Shown piece after piece: positions 63,301 through 64,000 of a DNA stretch of 64,000 nucleotides. Under the pieces are notes generated by a model. That model had not been told where the DNA came from and did no database searches. It saw only the letters and a list, made by a program, of their open reading frames with translations. The stretch is taken from positions 50,592,001 to 50,656,000 of the forward strand of contig NC_135892.1 of NCBI RefSeq assembly GCF_964194155.1, given 5' to 3'. This DNA comes from Cetorhinus maximus (taxonomy: Eukaryota). Both the position numbers and the translations under genes were made by a program. Position 1 is the first letter of the stretch. Every line of letters starts with the position of its first letter.

Positions 63301-64000
63301 ATTTCTGGGGATGGTGGGGCCTGTACAAGGCAGTTGGGTTGCACCTGAACCGGAATGGGACCAACATCCTTGTGGGGAGGTTTGCTAGTGCTGTTGGGGA
63401 GGGTTTAAACTAACTTGGCAGGGGGATGGGATCCTGAGAGGAGGTTCAGCAGCAGGGGAGATGCACAGCCAAAATTGGAAGGGAGGGCAAGTGAGGCTGG
63501 AAGGCATAGAAATTATAGGCCAGTTTAGGCACAAGGGAGTTTGGAAAGGTTAGATGGTATTTATTTTATTGCAAGGACTCTGACAAATAAGGCAGGTGAG
63601 TTGAGGGCACAAATTAACACATGGAAGTACGATGTCATTACTGTCACAGAGACATGGTTGAGAGAGGGGCAGGATTGGCAGCTCAATATTCCAGGATATA
63701 GGGTCTTTAGGCAAGACAGGGAAGGAGGTAAAAGAGGAGGGGGTATCACAATATTGATCAAGGAATCAATTTCAGCAGTAAGAAGGCATGACATCTTAGA
63801 AGGCTCCTCAAATGAAGCCACATGGGTAAAACTGAAAAGCAAAAGCGGAGCAATCACATTGCTGGGAGTGTACTATAGGCCCCCAAACAGAGAGCAATAG
63901 AAGAGCAGATATGTAGGAAATTTCCGAGAAGTGTAAAAATAATAGGGTAGTAATAGTGGGGAATTTCAACTTCCCCAACATTAACTGGGTTAGTCATAGT
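60380..64000 (+). mobile_element. CR1 LINE 5' part (5'UTR, ORF1, ORF2 endonuclease start), split by another CR1; antisense in PAPOLG intron 5
   Basis: ORF1 MAGQLSPVLCTTCNMW zinc finger at 60600; esterase resumes at ~62872 (DSIVRG, CCLPGARVK); ORF2 ETWL, YYRPPN from ~63560. Confidence 0.9.
60890..62871 (+). mobile_element. 5'-truncated CR1 LINE nested in ORF1 of the previous element
   Basis: LNTYFGSVFTKE, PGPDNLHPRVL, YLDFQEAFDKV, KFADETK; 3'UTR ending ttctatgtt. Confidence 0.93.

Overview
Vertebrate genomic DNA, most likely a cartilaginous fish (inferred from the repeat landscape, not proven). The only host gene I can support is poly(A) polymerase gamma (PAPOLG) on the minus strand. It has 17 phase-consistent GT-AG coding exons (equivalent to human exons 6-22) from 59415 to the TAG at 32755-32757; exons 1-5 lie beyond the right edge. 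Its ~1 kb 3'UTR appears to end at a non-canonical, UGUA-rich poly(A) site near 31.73-31.82 kb. The left 6.3 kb is the 5' part of a minus-strand endogenous retrovirus with a 455-bp LTR, a perfect tRNA-Gln PBS and a 39-bp leader repeat array. Its interior is a mosaic: almost no gag/RT, three integrase fragments of different origin, and two unrelated env genes (one fusion(F)-protein-like, one gamma-type with CWIC). The rest is decayed retroelements: CR1 LINEs (two near full length), a second LINE family, three solo LTRs, Penelope-like pieces with hammerhead-ribozyme remnants and SINEs, including a four-level nested insertion at 24-30.4 kb. All calls come from reading and hand-translating the sequence; no database searches were run.
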